Of a DNA stretch of 64,000 nt, positions 38,149-48,738 are shown piece after piece (the first letter of the stretch is position 1; each line of letters opens with the position of its first letter). A program made the translations under genes and the position numbers. Source of the DNA: a bacterium (GTDB taxonomy: Bacteria; SAR324; JACQKK01); the NCBI GenBank assembly GCA_965240465.1, contig OZ251219.1:1408001-1472000 (forward strand), in the 5' to 3' direction. Under the pieces are notes generated by a model. It searched no databases and was not told where the DNA came from. It saw only the letters and a list, made by a program, of their open reading frames with translations.

Positions 38149-39138
38149 TTAAAATGCATCGGCAAGGGCTTGTGCAGTGCTGTGGCGGGCATACCGAAGG
38201 GCTGAGTTCACAGATTTCCAACGCCCGTGTTTGGCAATGATAAACGGTGATTTTTGTTGCTCAACCAAATAAGTTGCCCCACCCGCTCGCAAAGAGTGTC
38301 CTCCAAATTGCGATGGATCTTCACCTGCTTGTTGGGCTGTTTTTTTTACAAGGCTATCTACGAAAGCTGATGAAAGTGGTTTCATAACTGCAGAATTATT
38401 CTTTATATGACAGAATAGCGGTCCATTCGTAATATGTGACAACTTCATCCATTGTTGGAGAGCTAGCACAGGGCAAAGGTGAGGGCGTTTTTTGGCTTGA
38501 ATAATATCTACCCAAGCTCCAGCACTTTCTTGGTCAGTTTTAGAATGAGAGAGGAACACTTGAATTCCATGAGGTGATTTACGTAATTGATCAGCCTTTA
38601 GAGACACAATCTCCGAACGGCGTAGGCAACCCACAAACCCCAATAGAAGTAAGGCCTTATTACGTTGTCCTCGCAAGGTCTGGGGGAAAGCACGAGGAAA
38701 GGCAATCTCTAAATGGTTTAAGGTTAGCGGTGCTTGTTGCTTTCTACGTACCCCCTTTCTACGGCGAATACCTGCCAATGCAGTTTGGATGCGTAGTGTT
38801 TCCCCCGGCGATGGAAATTCTCGCAAACGGTGGACAGTATTTATAGCCCACAAAGCCTGTGCCACACTGCTGGTACGCATGCCATTGCGTATCACCTTAC
38901 CAGAACGATCCAATACTGGGTGGACATCGGCTAGGTACAATAAAAAAGCCTCCAGCACTTCCTCTCTTGCAGGTAGTGCTTGTACCAAACGCTTTTCACA
39001 CCATCCTTTAAATAGATTCCAGTTTTTAAACAGAGCTCTCTGAGTTTCTAATGCCTTAGATGCCGCTCGATTGGCACGAACCCATTCCAAGGGGACTAAG
39101 GAATCAATTTTTCTTTTTGAAACTGTAGATATCTTCAT
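38149..39138 (-). CDS. Tyrosine recombinase, Cre-like family
   Basis: Catalytic set LRRSE, SKTDQ, GHSLRAG, GRWKS, LRY; Trp at the box II position as in Cre; AAGGAAGG RBS. Confidence 0.93.
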   Translation of the reverse strand: MKISTVSKRKIDSLVPLEWVRANRAASKALETQRALFKNWNLFKGWCEKRLVQALPAREEVLEAFLLYLADVHPVLDRSGKVIRNGMRTSSVAQALWAINTVHRLREFPSPGETLRIQTALAGIRRRKGVRRKQQAPLTLNHLEIAFPRAFPQTLRGQRNKALLLLGFVGCLRRSEIVSLKADQLRKSPHGIQVFLSHSKTDQESAGAWVDIIQAKKRPHLCPVLALQQWMKLSHITNGPLFCHIKNNSAVMKPLSSAFVDSLVKKTAQQAGEDPSQFGGHSLRAGGATYLVEQQKSPFIIAKHGRWKSVNSALRYARHSTAQALADAF

Positions 39139-39178
39139 TTTTTGCCTTCCTTGGCTAATATAAACTTAACTGGCCAGT

Positions 39179-39206
39179 ACCATAACATTTTCTGCGGTAA
39201 TGTCAA
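39179..39206 (-). promoter_or_regulatory. Sigma70-type promoter of the recombinase
   Basis: Minus strand TTGACA-N16-TATGGT with an extended TG, about 40 bp upstream of the ATG. Confidence 0.6.
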
Positions 39207-39217
39207 TTACCGAAGGT
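39190..39217. promoter_or_regulatory. Candidate tyrosine-recombinase core site (11-6-11 inverted repeat)
   Basis: TTCTGCGGTAA-TGTCAA-TTACCGAAGGT; arms match 8/11 and the inner CGGTAA/TTACCG is perfect. Confidence 0.55.
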
Positions 39218-39542
39218 CTTTTCAATAAAAAACACAATATTCCTCCAGAGGTTTGCTTATCTTTATAAAATAAGCAATATAAGCCTCTACAGTCCTTTTA
39301 TATCTTCCCTTATAGTTTTACACCAAGAATACTCATTAAAGCCTCTTCAATGCATTATAAACAGCTTTTTTATATGGAAGTCACAGCATAAATTTTTGAA
39401 ACTCATCACACTGGCGGCACCGTATCTACATGTAATATCGTTGTTACATGCTTTAACAAGAAGGGAAGCGACAGAAACAACAAGCTGCTAGAAACAGCAA
39501 GTTGCTAATAATGAATTATTTTGACCGAGCTTAGAGCTAAAA

Positions 39543-41951
39543 TTAGGAAGAAGAAGTATATGCAGACGGAATATGCACAGGTTTGCTTGGGAGTATGGTA
39601 TCGCTGGATGGTGTGGGAGCAGGGGTCATTGGTTTGGGAACGCTTTCCAAGGCTAGTTCAAGGTATTCAAATACATTTTGCAATGGTGTAATTCTAATTC
39701 CGTTTTGAATTTCTTTGGGAATTTCAGAGATGTCTTTTTCGTTTTCAAGGGGGATGAGAGCTTGGGTTACGCCGCCGCGTCTGGCAGCCAGCAGTTTTTC
39801 TTTGAGTCCCCCGATTTGAAGCACTTTTCCGTGCAGAGTGACTTCGCCTGTCATGGCTATTTCATTCTTCACGGGGATACCTGTAAAAGCACTAACGATA
39901 GACGTTACTAGAGTTACACCTGCTGAAGGCCCGTCTTTAGGAATAGCACCTTCTGGAAAATGGATGTGAACATCTTTATTTTTGAATTCGCTAGCACAAA
40001 TACCCAAGGCGTTAGCGTTGGCACGGACATAGCTGATAGCTGCTTGAACAGATTCTTTCATTACCCCGCCAAGGCTACCCGTGCAGATGAGTTGATTGTC
40101 GCCGGGCATTAGAGCTGTTTCCACAAACAATAGATCGCCACCAGCTTGTGTCCATGCCATGCCATTAGCTACGCCAACCTCATTTTGTTGGCCGATATGG
40201 TCATACTTAAAGATAGGGACGCCCAGGAACTCTTTGACTTTTCTTGCAGAAACACTGATTTTCTTGGTATCTGGGTTCATGACAATTTTGGTAGCTACTT
40301 TGCGCATGATTTTTGATATCTGCCTTTCCAGATTACGTACTCCTGCCTCACGCGTGTAGTGACGAATTATTTCCAAAGTAGCATCTTTTTGGAAATCAAT
40401 AGCTTCTACTCGGAGGCCTGTTTCTTCTCGTTGTTTAGCTAGTAGGTGTTTGTGAGCAATGTGTTCTTTTTCTATTTCTGTGTATCCCGATAAAGATATA
40501 ATCTCCATGCGGTCTATTAAAGCTGGTGGAATGCTTGAGGCATCATTGGCGGTACAGAAGAAGAGCACATCTGAGAGGTCATATTCTATTTCTAGATAAT
40601 GGTCCATAAAGCTTTGATTTTGTTCGGGGTCAAGTACTTCCAGCAGGGCGGCGGCAGGATCTCCCATGACACCATTTGTCATTTTATCTACTTCATCCAG
40701 CAACATGAGGGGATTATTGCTACCCGCTTTGCGTAAAGACTGGATAATCTTGCCCGGCAAAGCACCAATATAGGTGCGTCTATGCCCATTAATCTCTGAC
40801 TCATCGCGGATGCCCCCCAGACTCATGCGAGCAAATTTTCTGCCCAGGGCACGTGCCACTGATTTTGCCAGCGATGTCTTACCCACCCCAGGAGCTCCTA
40901 CCAAGCAGATAATCTGTCCCCGCATACGTCCTACCCGCTTGGCAACAGCTAGATATTCCACAATTCGCTCTTTGACTTTATCCAGTCCGTGATGATCTTC
41001 GTTGAGAACTGTTTCTGCATGGGCGATATCTAGATTATCCTTTGTTTTAGTTTCCCAAGGCATGCTCAGTAGGACATCCAGATAACTACGTACCACATTC
41101 GCCTCTGCCGACATGGGAGACATAATCCTCAGTTTTTTTATTTCTTTTTGGGCTACTTTATAGGCTTCTTGAGAAAGTTTCTTTTTTTTCAACTTCTTTG
41201 TGTAGTTTTCCAATTCAGCCTTGCCGTCATCGCTATTGCCTAGCTCTCGCTGGATGGCTTTAATTTGCTCATTTAGATAGTACTCCTTTTGCGTCCGTCC
41301 GATCTGACCCTGTACACGCTCCTTTAAGCGTTTTTCTAGTTTCTTAATACCTACCTCTTCCAGCATACGCTCAAAGACCTGTTGTAAGCGCTTTTGAGAA
41401 TCAAATTCCTCCAGCAGGTTTTGCTTTTTCTGTAAATCAAAGCTCAAAAGAGGCACAATCTTATCTGCCATTAAGTGAGGTTGATTAACATCCAGCGACA
41501 ATTGATCCAGGCTATCCGTGTTGCGTTTGATATCACGTAGATAAGATTCCAGTTCAGACATGGTGGCCTTGGCTAGTGCAATAGATTCAGTACCCAAAAC
41601 CTTCGGTTCGCGAACTGGCTCTACTTCAGCCCGAAAATATGCTGAACTAGTATATGCCTTTATTAACCGTCCCCGAGAATGGGCTTCAAACAAAGCCTTG
41701 ACCGTGCCATTCGGTAGCCGCATAATTTGTAGTACTACTCCAATTGTTCCTACTCGGTACAAATCATCCTCTGATGGATTTTCCAGCATCGGGTCTTTCT
41801 GGGCAACTACAAAAATCTCCCTATCCAACTTCAGTGCTTCTTCCAGTGCTTCCATTGATCTTTTGCGACCAATAAAAAACGGGGTGGTCATTTGCGGAAA
41901 GACCACGATATCCCGCATGGGTAACATTGGTAATTGCGTTGTTTTTATCAT
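39543..41951 (-). CDS. lon: ATP-dependent protease Lon
   Basis: [43 protein letters not shown]. Confidence 0.98.
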   Translation of the reverse strand: MIKTTQLPMLPMRDIVVFPQMTTPFFIGRKRSMEALEEALKLDREIFVVAQKDPMLENPSEDDLYRVGTIGVVLQIMRLPNGTVKALFEAHSRGRLIKAYTSSAYFRAEVEPVREPKVLGTESIALAKATMSELESYLRDIKRNTDSLDQLSLDVNQPHLMADKIVPLLSFDLQKKQNLLEEFDSQKRLQQVFERMLEEVGIKKLEKRLKERVQGQIGRTQKEYYLNEQIKAIQRELGNSDDGKAELENYTKKLKKKKLSQEAYKVAQKEIKKLRIMSPMSAEANVVRSYLDVLLSMPWETKTKDNLDIAHAETVLNEDHHGLDKVKERIVEYLAVAKRVGRMRGQIICLVGAPGVGKTSLAKSVARALGRKFARMSLGGIRDESEINGHRRTYIGALPGKIIQSLRKAGSNNPLMLLDEVDKMTNGVMGDPAAALLEVLDPEQNQSFMDHYLEIEYDLSDVLFFCTANDASSIPPALIDRMEIISLSGYTEIEKEHIAHKHLLAKQREETGLRVEAIDFQKDATLEIIRHYTREAGVRNLERQISKIMRKVATKIVMNPDTKKISVSARKVKEFLGVPIFKYDHIGQQNEVGVANGMAWTQAGGDLLFVETALMPGDNQLICTGSLGGVMKESVQAAISYVRANANALGICASEFKNKDVHIHFPEGAIPKDGPSAGVTLVTSIVSAFTGIPVKNEIAMTGEVTLHGKVLQIGGLKEKLLAARRGGVTQALIPLENEKDISEIPKEIQNGIRITPLQNVFEYLELALESVPKPMTPAPTPSSDTILPSKPVHIPSAYTSSS

Positions 41952-42210
41952 AGTGTCTCTTTAAGAGAGTGTTTTAGAGTATTCCTTATGCTCATATGTT
42001 GCCTACTTGCAACAAATGACCCACTCTTGATTTAAATTATAGCCTCGCTTTTGCCAGCTGTCAAAGGATTGTGTACCAATATTTCTAACCCTATTACAAA
42101 AGGCAAGGAGCAAAAACATACCGAAGTCATTTATTAAGTTCACATTAGTCCTAAAAAACTTGCGGGGAGGGAGTATTTGTGGCTATTCTGACGGTAGGGC
42201 TACATATTTT

Positions 42211-42579
42211 ATGGGTATTATGTTATCACAGCAATATATTCCTATTGTTTTTTTAGTGGTGGTTGCCTGTGGAATTGCCACTGTCTTTTCTGTAGCGGGT
42301 GTTTTAGTAGGTCCCAAATTGAACAAGGGGGCAAAACTGATGCCTTTTGAGTCGGGTATGCCATCGACAGGATCTGAATATCGGCGTTATAGTGTACGTT
42401 TTTATATGGTGGCATTGGCGTTCTTGATTTTTGACGTAGAGATTGTCTTTTTTTATCCTTGGGCGGTACGTTTTAGGGAGTTTGGCTGGCCTGCTTTTTG
42501 TGCGATGGGTATATTCTTTTTGGTATTGCTGTTGGGATTGGCTTATGATTGGCGAAAAGGAGCTTTAGAGTGGGAATGA
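42211..42579 (+). CDS. nuoA: NADH-quinone oxidoreductase subunit A
   Basis: PFESG, RFYMVALAFLIFDVE, WRKGALEW. Confidence 0.95.
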   Translation: MGIMLSQQYIPIVFLVVVACGIATVFSVAGVLVGPKLNKGAKLMPFESGMPSTGSEYRRYSVRFYMVALAFLIFDVEIVFFYPWAVRFREFGWPAFCAMGIFFLVLLLGLAYDWRKGALEWE

Positions 42580-43097
42580 AACTGCCTTTTAGTGAACAAT
42601 TCTTTACCAGCAAACTAAGTGATGTTGTCAATTGGGCGAGAAAATACTCCCTGTTCCAATACCCTTTTGTGACTGCCTGCTGTGGCATGGAATTCATGGC
42701 TGTTTACGGTGCTCATTATGATGGGGCACGTTTTGGCTGTGAGGTTCCGAGGTTTTCTCCACGCCAGTCTGATCTGTTATTTGTGGTAGGCACAGTGAAT
42801 CACAAAATGGCACCCATCCTCAAGCGTGTTTATGAACAAATGGCTGAACCTAAATGGGTGATTGCCTTTGGTGCTTGTGCTTCTTCAGGAGGTTTTTACC
42901 AAAACTATGCTGCCGTGCCCGGCATTGACCGCATTATTCCTGTGGATGTTTATATCGCTGGCTGTCCACCTCGTCCAGAGGCTGTACTGGATGGCATCAT
43001 TGCCTTGCAAAATCTGATTCAAGAAAAAGGCCCTCGCGGTCCTAGGGCAATTAACCCCAGAGGAGATGAAGAACCCATCAACCTCAGCCGTGAATAA
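42576..43097 (+). CDS. nuoB: NADH-quinone oxidoreductase subunit B
   Basis: TACCGMEFM, SPRQSD, GACASSGG, GCPPRPE; ATGA overlap with nuoA. Confidence 0.97.
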   Translation: MKLPFSEQFFTSKLSDVVNWARKYSLFQYPFVTACCGMEFMAVYGAHYDGARFGCEVPRFSPRQSDLLFVVGTVNHKMAPILKRVYEQMAEPKWVIAFGACASSGGFYQNYAAVPGIDRIIPVDVYIAGCPPRPEAVLDGIIALQNLIQEKGPRGPRAINPRGDEEPINLSRE

Positions 43098-43110
43098 CCG
43101 ATAAAAAACG

Positions 43111-43743
43111 ATGGCAACCAAAAACAATAGCAGCACTCCAACCCAAGAGGTCAATACCTCCGAAACTGTACCTGATGCCCAAAAAAAATTAGGCCCCGCG
43201 GCTCAAATGCTATTGCGGTACGTGGAGAAAAATGACTTAAAGCAGCACGTTTTTAGCATTCACTCTCAGCATGGCGATGACACCATCGTCTTGAGCAGGG
43301 ATATAGCCTCTAAGGCTTTTACCCTATTGAAAACTGACCCCACCTCCAAGATGGAAATGATGATAGATCTCACCGCGGTAGATTTATTTCCTAGTCTTCC
43401 GCGTTTTGAGGTTGTCTATCACCTAAAATCGCTTTCCTTTGGGTATCGTCTGAGAATAAAAATTCCTCTAGATGAGGAAGATACCTGCCTACCCTCAGTA
43501 ATCAATATCTGGCAAGCTGCAGACTGGTATGAGCGAGAATGCTGGGAAATGTACGGCATAATCTTCAAAGGACACCCCAACCTCAAGCCCCTCCTACTCT
43601 ATGAAGGCTTTAAGGGCTGGCCTCTTAGAAAGGATTACGAAAAAGGCTTGTCCCAACCATTAGTAGAAATGCGTCCTGTGCGTGAACGCTACGACTATCA
43701 AGAACGATTCCAGCCTGTCAAAGACTCAATTACCGGGCCGTGA
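43111..43743 (+). CDS. nuoC: NADH-quinone oxidoreductase subunit C
   Basis: DLTAVD, ADWYERECWEMYGI.F.GHP, PLRKDY. Confidence 0.95.
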   Translation: MATKNNSSTPTQEVNTSETVPDAQKKLGPAAQMLLRYVEKNDLKQHVFSIHSQHGDDTIVLSRDIASKAFTLLKTDPTSKMEMMIDLTAVDLFPSLPRFEVVYHLKSLSFGYRLRIKIPLDEEDTCLPSVINIWQAADWYERECWEMYGIIFKGHPNLKPLLLYEGFKGWPLRKDYEKGLSQPLVEMRPVRERYDYQERFQPVKDSITGP

Positions 43744-43794
43744 TATTTTGTCTCATAGAAAGCTACTTATTCTGCAACCCTCCAAATCATCCCA

Positions 43795-45003
43795 ATGAGT
43801 ACACAGAACACCACAAAACGGAAAAACTTAGATTTCGGTGCTGAACCGATGATAATCGAGATCGGGCCGTCACACCCCGCCATGCATGGTATCACTCGTC
43901 TCCGTTGCGAGCTGGATGGCGAGGTGGTTGTTAGCATGGAAGCCGAAATCGGCTACCTCCACCGCGGTTTTGAGAAAGAAGCCGAAAATGCCACCTATCT
44001 GCAAATCATCCCCTATACAGACCGCCTTAATTATGTTTCTCCGCTAATCAATAATGTGGGCTACTCGCTAGCGGTAGAAAAGCTGTTCCAAGTAGAAGTA
44101 CCTAGGCGTGCCCAATTCGTACGTGTACTAATGTGTGAAATTTCGCGTATCACTGACCACCTTACCTGCAATGGTGCTACCGCCATGGAAATAGGAGCTA
44201 TGACGGTTTTCCTGTGGTTTATCAAAGCCCGCGAGTACCTTTGGGAATTGGTAGAAGAAGTGACCGGTGCCCGTCTGACTACAACATGGACTCGCATTGG
44301 TGGTAATGCCAATGATATACCCGATGGTTTCCTGCCAGCCCTTAAAGAGCGTTTAGAAAAAGTGGAAGAAATTCTCAAGGAGGGAGAAGCCCTACTTATT
44401 AAAAATCCAATCTTTACCGAACGTGTTCGTGGTATTGGCATTTTATCTGCCCAGCGTGCCGTCCAATATGCTTTTTCTGGCCCCATGATACGTGCCTGCG
44501 GCATTCCCTATGATGTTCGCCGTACAGATCCATACCTTGTCTATGAAGAGCTGGATTTTGAAATCCCCGTTGGCGAAAACGGTGACTGTCTTGACCGCTT
44601 CCTAGTACGCCAAGAAGAAATGCGCCAAAGTATGTCTATCATCCGCCAATGTGTTGATAAACTCCCCCCTGGGGACTTCCACTGCCGCGATCGCCGTGTC
44701 TGGATACCTGATAAATTTAACGCCTATAATAGCATTGAAGGTCTCATTGACCATTTCAAAATCGTCATGGATGGTCCCAAACCACCACCCGGGGAAGCCT
44801 ATTTTGCCGTAGAAGGAGGTAATGGTGAGCTGGGATTTTACATTGTTTCTGATGGCTCGGGGAAGCCTACTAAGTGTCGTGTACGTCCGCCGTGCCTTAA
44901 CTACGTCATGGCCATGCCCGAGATGACTTGCGGGCATTATGTAGCTGATATCGTTCCTATTTTTGGTTCTATCAACATGGTGGGTGGTGAACTAGAGCGG
45001 TAA
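43795..45003 (+). CDS. nuoD: NADH-quinone oxidoreductase subunit D
   Basis: GPSHPAMHG, GYLHRGFEK, YTDRLNY, GELER. Confidence 0.97.
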   Translation: MSTQNTTKRKNLDFGAEPMIIEIGPSHPAMHGITRLRCELDGEVVVSMEAEIGYLHRGFEKEAENATYLQIIPYTDRLNYVSPLINNVGYSLAVEKLFQVEVPRRAQFVRVLMCEISRITDHLTCNGATAMEIGAMTVFLWFIKAREYLWELVEEVTGARLTTTWTRIGGNANDIPDGFLPALKERLEKVEEILKEGEALLIKNPIFTERVRGIGILSAQRAVQYAFSGPMIRACGIPYDVRRTDPYLVYEELDFEIPVGENGDCLDRFLVRQEEMRQSMSIIRQCVDKLPPGDFHCRDRRVWIPDKFNAYNSIEGLIDHFKIVMDGPKPPPGEAYFAVEGGNGELGFYIVSDGSGKPTKCRVRPPCLNYVMAMPEMTCGHYVADIVPIFGSINMVGGELER

Positions 45004-45104
45004 TTTTATAAGTGATTTACATCAAATAGGAATGAAATTAATAACACTACAGCACCGTCTAAATTTGACAGACTATTTTTGGCAATCAAATTAGTAGTGC
45101 CACC

Positions 45105-46481
45105 ATGGTTGATGAAATCAATGTGACAATGGAGGAACTTATATCGCTTGCCAAGAGACGAGGATTTATTTATCAAGGCTCAGAGATTTATGGTGGGCTT
45201 GCCAATTGCTGGGATTATGGTCCCTTAGGTGTTGAGCTGAAGCAAAACATCAAACGCCAATGGTGGAAGGATTTCGTTCATAGCCGAACTGATGTGCTGG
45301 GGTTAGATAGTGCCATTCTTATGAATCCCTCTGTCTGGGAGGCATCTGGACATACTTCCAACTTTGCCGACCCCCTCACAGATTGCCGCCAGTGTAAGGC
45401 TCGGCATCGTGCTGACCACCTGCTGGAAAAGCACCTGTCGCCCACTGAGTTGGCTAATATGAGCCAGCAACAGCTGTTTGAAAAACTGCAATCCGTGAAA
45501 CTTCCTTGCCCAAAATGTGGCAGTTCCGACTATACCCCCATTAGACAATTTAACCTGATGTTCAAAACATTCCAAGGAGTAACCGAAGATTCTTCCACCC
45601 AAATTTACTTGCGTCCTGAGACCGCCCAAGGTATTTTCTTAAATTTCAAAAACATTGCCACTACCAGCCGTAAACGCCTTCCCTTTGGCGTTGCTCAGAT
45701 AGGTAAATCATTCCGCAATGAAATAACCCCCGGTAATTTTATCTTCCGCACCCGCGAATTTGAACAAATGGAACTAGAATTCTTCTGCCATCCCAAAGAA
45801 GCATCTCAATGGTACGACCACTGGAAAAATTTCTGCCTGCAGTGGTTAAAATCTCTGGGGATACACCCCAAAAACATACGCCTTAGGGATCATGTTCAAG
45901 AGGAGCTTTCTCACTATAGCCAAGCTACTGCTGATGTAGAATATCACTTCCCCTTCGGCTGGGGTGAACTGTTGGGGATTGCCAATCGGGGCGATTTTGA
46001 TCTCACCCAACACCAGAAGCATTCGGGTAAAGATCTGAGATGGCGACACCCAGATACTGAAGAAATTTTTCTCCCCTATGTGATAGAACCCGCCCTCGGT
46101 TTAGATAGACTACTACTAGCCCTTCTTGCTGATTCCTTTAGCACTGAAAATGTCAACAGCGAGACCCGTACTCTGCTAAAGTTTAGTCCTAGTCTGGCAC
46201 CCATTAAGGTTGCGGTGCTACCTCTTTCCAAACAATTGGCTGAGCCTGCCAACAAACTTTTTGCCGACATATCGCCACACTTCCACTGCGACTACGACCA
46301 ATCAGGTAGCATTGGCAGGCGTTATCGCAGACAAGATGAAATTGGCACCCCTTTTTGCATCACCGTAGATTTTGAAACCTTGGAGGATGAGCGTGTCACT
46401 ATCCGCCACCGTGATAGCATGAAGCAAGAACGCATTCCTCTTAGTGGTATACAAAAACACCTTGAGGTTTTGCTACAGTGA
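45105..46481 (+). CDS. glyQS: Glycine--tRNA ligase, alpha2 dimeric type
   Basis: EIYGG, LRPETAQG, FRNEITP..FIFRTREFEQME, IGRRYRRQDEIGTP. Confidence 0.97.
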   Translation: MVDEINVTMEELISLAKRRGFIYQGSEIYGGLANCWDYGPLGVELKQNIKRQWWKDFVHSRTDVLGLDSAILMNPSVWEASGHTSNFADPLTDCRQCKARHRADHLLEKHLSPTELANMSQQQLFEKLQSVKLPCPKCGSSDYTPIRQFNLMFKTFQGVTEDSSTQIYLRPETAQGIFLNFKNIATTSRKRLPFGVAQIGKSFRNEITPGNFIFRTREFEQMELEFFCHPKEASQWYDHWKNFCLQWLKSLGIHPKNIRLRDHVQEELSHYSQATADVEYHFPFGWGELLGIANRGDFDLTQHQKHSGKDLRWRHPDTEEIFLPYVIEPALGLDRLLLALLADSFSTENVNSETRTLLKFSPSLAPIKVAVLPLSKQLAEPANKLFADISPHFHCDYDQSGSIGRRYRRQDEIGTPFCITVDFETLEDERVTIRHRDSMKQERIPLSGIQKHLEVLLQ

Positions 46482-46584
46482 AAATTTGTGCATGCTAAAA
46501 CACTGGAATATCCCTCTATATCCGCAGTGTGTTTTTGTCCTAGAGTGATTGCTGGCAAGAATGTGGGAGCAAGGCTTGTGATAG

Positions 46585-48459
46585 CTAAAAACTAACCCCA
46601 TCGGGTGATTCTATGTCGGCTTTTTCTCTTAGGCGGTCAAGCTCGCTGGCTTCCACCGCTTTTATCAAGGCATCTTGTATCTCTTGACGCAACTTTTCAG
46701 TTTCTTCTTTGCTGGGATCTTTTGGTAGCCGACGGTCTAATAAGCGAATTATCCAGCCATCCTCAGTGATCACCAAGGCAAATGGTTTTTCTTTAGTCAT
46801 GGTTAAGGCTCTACGAGCAACAGAATGGCTAATGTCTTGGTCATCTGTAGCTGTTATGCTAACCGTCTCAGCCTTGGTGCGATATTTTCTCAGTAGAGTA
46901 CGCCAACCATTGGCACCTTTCAGGACACCTAAATCTTTGCGGACTTGGCTAAAAGCGTCCTGACGCCATTTTATTTTGGTGACTGTCTCTTTTATTTGCT
47001 CTCGTACTTCTTCCAGTGGGAGAAGCTTGGCCTCACGCACCTCTAGTACACGATAAAACACATGCCCCTGTACAGGATTACGACGAACAACCCCAGTTTT
47101 ACCGGCTTTTTTGCTAACTGTTTCATCTACGATATCTCTAACTCTGCCGAGCCCAGTTTTTGTTTCATCGCCAGTTATCCAGCCTGTTTTGCGAACCGGT
47201 TCACCGACATCTTTGGCAACTGTTTCAAGGCTGTTTTCCTTGATGCGCTTGGGCAGGTTCAAAAACTCCCTATTTAAGCGACGCTCTGCCAGTTTTAGGG
47301 TCAGTTCCTCCTTAATTTTCTTGCGTAAGCTCTCAAAAGACTGAACCTTTCCAGGCCTGATATCTACGGCCTGGATCAAGTGTAGCCCAAAAGGGGAGCG
47401 TACCACGCTACTGACTTCCCCTTCCTTTAGAGCGAAGGCTGCTGCAGAGAAACTTGGCACCATTTTCTCTTCGGTGAAATATCCCAAATCTCCACCCTTT
47501 GTTTTGCTGGGACCTTCAGAATGTTTGCGTGCTAATTCTGCAAAACTCTCCCCTCTATCTACTTTCTTAGCGATCCCCTCTAGAGTCTTGCGAGCTTTAT
47601 TTTCAGCTTCTCCGCCATCTTTTTCTTCGGGAAGCAAGTTAATTAAAATGTGGCGGGCACGCATACTGCCCGGGGTAGTATAGGATTCTAAATCTCGCTC
47701 ATACTGACGACGTACCAACCTATCAGGCACTTTTAGTTCTGCACGCATATCTTCCAAGTCTAAGGTAAAATATTCTAGTTTCACTGCTACGGGCTGCATA
47801 TACTCATGTGACCAATTCTTATAACGTCTCTCAATAGCCTTATCATCAGGAATTTTTGGGGCTTTAAAATTCTTGTAATTCAGGGGTGCTAGCTGGATGC
47901 GTACTTGCTCGTTCCGGGCTAGATAAACATTCTCAACTTCCCAATCTCCCACCACTACAGCTTGAGAAAGTAACTCCGTTAAATGCTCCACTAATAAATC
48001 CTCACGCACCCGCTCTTCGTAAGCGGCGGGCTGTAGTCTGTTAATAGCCAGAAAACGTTTATATGAATCTACATCAAACTCTCCATCTTTATGAAAAGCC
48101 TGAATTCCCTGAATGTAGGACTTTAACGCTGAATTAGGCACTTGCAAATCACGACGGCGGGCTTCATTGAGCAACAAACGATGATTAATCATCCGTTGCA
48201 ACACCAATTGCCGTAATCCCAGTTGGTCAGCTAGCTCCTCGGCACGATCCCCAGAGGTCTCACGCAGACGCTCCAATTGCTCGCTATAGGCATTTTGGTA
48301 GTCATCTGCCAATATGCTATCCCCATCCACCCGTGCCACTACCTGTGTCGGATTACTGAAAGTACCCACCCCAAATGAAATCACAAACGATAATGCCACC
48401 GTTATTAATAGTACCCGCATCCACCAAGATTGCAATACTCCGCGTAACTGACTAATCAT
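46585..48459 (-). CDS. ppiD: PpiD-like periplasmic chaperone (SurA N-domain + parvulin)
   Basis: N-terminal TM; ARHILI, FAELARKHS, GGDLG.F, SPFGLHLI. Confidence 0.85.
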   Translation of the reverse strand: MISQLRGVLQSWWMRVLLITVALSFVISFGVGTFSNPTQVVARVDGDSILADDYQNAYSEQLERLRETSGDRAEELADQLGLRQLVLQRMINHRLLLNEARRRDLQVPNSALKSYIQGIQAFHKDGEFDVDSYKRFLAINRLQPAAYEERVREDLLVEHLTELLSQAVVVGDWEVENVYLARNEQVRIQLAPLNYKNFKAPKIPDDKAIERRYKNWSHEYMQPVAVKLEYFTLDLEDMRAELKVPDRLVRRQYERDLESYTTPGSMRARHILINLLPEEKDGGEAENKARKTLEGIAKKVDRGESFAELARKHSEGPSKTKGGDLGYFTEEKMVPSFSAAAFALKEGEVSSVVRSPFGLHLIQAVDIRPGKVQSFESLRKKIKEELTLKLAERRLNREFLNLPKRIKENSLETVAKDVGEPVRKTGWITGDETKTGLGRVRDIVDETVSKKAGKTGVVRRNPVQGHVFYRVLEVREAKLLPLEEVREQIKETVTKIKWRQDAFSQVRKDLGVLKGANGWRTLLRKYRTKAETVSITATDDQDISHSVARRALTMTKEKPFALVITEDGWIIRLLDRRLPKDPSKEETEKLRQEIQDALIKAVEASELDRLREKADIESPDGVSF

Positions 48460-48738
48460 TTTTTCCTCTCATGCTTGTAAGAAATAATTTTTAATAAATT
48501 TCCCCAACCGATAAACAGTAGGCTCACTTACTCGCAATCAGGATACCACCGTTACCAGACTCCTCGCAAGAAGGTTTAGGGAGGAATATTACAACCCACG
48601 CATCAATGACTCAAAAACACTAAGAATATGTAAAATATATCCTCGGTAATCATATCTAAAAGTCAACATTGAAAATACCCAGTAAAAACTGGTATCATTC
48701 TACCATATCTAATATTTCCTCCTCTTCTGCCACCAGCC

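Noticed and set aside
38149-39542. Prophage or integrative element at the recombinase
   Set aside because: No cargo, tRNA target or flanking direct repeats seen; both neighbours are housekeeping genes.
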